Shown piece by piece: positions 15,402-15,879 of a DNA stretch of 15,879 nucleotides; position 1 is the first letter of the stretch, and each line of letters opens with the position of its first letter. Source of the DNA: Abditibacteriaceae bacterium (GTDB taxonomy: Bacteria; Armatimonadota; Abditibacteriia; Abditibacteriales; Abditibacteriaceae). The stretch is taken from positions 1-15,879 of the forward strand of contig JANMKN010000334.1 in the NCBI GenBank assembly GCA_031372065.1, read 5' to 3'. Under the pieces are notes generated by a model. The model had not been told where the DNA came from and made no database searches. It saw only the letters and a program-made list of their open reading frames with translations. The position numbers were made by a program, and so were the translations under genes.

Positions 15402-15758
15402 TTTGGTTCCTTCGCGTAAAATAAATAAATTCGTCACCATGCCAGAAACTACAGGCATGAATTCTGTATAAGTTAAGGTGAAAATCCGGCGTGGCTTGCG
15501 CAACTGCAATCAGTTGATAGTTTAATCGTCTTGAGGCGCCGGAGGAATTTTCACTATGCTGGCAACTTCGGCAAAAACGACCTTGCACTATTCAATATAG
15601 TGAATTTTCGCTGCTGTTCCAATCAAATTTTTATTTTTCGGGGGAGAAATGCCTTTCGAGACGTATTTTCGAGGCACAATGTCAGGAAATGGCGAAACCT
15701 CCGGCGTGCGCGCCATGCCCACTGTGACTTCGTGGAGCTAAACCAAGAGTGCGCTACG

Positions 15759-15800
15759 AAGAAACCGGCGCCGAATTAATTTTCGGCGCCGGTTTCTTTT
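15759..15800. terminator. Intrinsic terminator-like hairpin, probably ending a minus-strand gene entering from the right
   Basis: 17-bp perfect arms AAGAAACCGGCGCCGAA / TTCGGCGCCGGTTTCTT, loop TTAATT. Confidence 0.75.
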
Positions 15801-15856
15801 AGATTTGTATTTTTAATTGAGGGGTGAATTCCCGACACGCGGGAAGAAATTTTCTA

Positions 15857-15879
15857 TCAGGCTTCGACGGCATCGAGTT
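15857..15879 (-). CDS. Possible 3' end of a gene extending beyond the window (...LDAVEA*)
   Basis: Minus strand CTC GAT GCC GTC GAA GCC TGA TAG with host-like codons, upstream of the hairpin. Too short to confirm. Confidence 0.3.

Overview
Bacterial chromosomal window of moderately high GC, mostly housekeeping and metabolic genes. In order: the 3' part of smc (5'-truncated); a 52-aa membrane-anchored ORF missing from the ORF track, with its own promoter, RBS and terminator; an exported tandem-DUF1080 protein; a sirtuin (CobB-like); a predicted outer-membrane beta-barrel protein; a CysL-like LysR regulator; a Gfo/Idh/MocA oxidoreductase; an AT-rich orphan gene bracketed by two near-identical hairpins; the rpsF-ssb-rpsR operon with a sigma70 promoter and an S6:S18-type leader; and a ~1,420-aa SARP/BTAD + degenerate cyclase + STAND ATPase + TPR regulator. 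The most striking unexplained structure is an intergenic array at 7275-7479: nine (plus one degenerate) 16-bp quasi-palindromes (YGTA-N8-TACR) at an exact 21-bp period, with a polarity switch in the middle, filling the region upstream of lysR. I see no CRISPR array, tRNA/rRNA, transposase or integrase. All calls come from motif recognition by eye; no database search was run.
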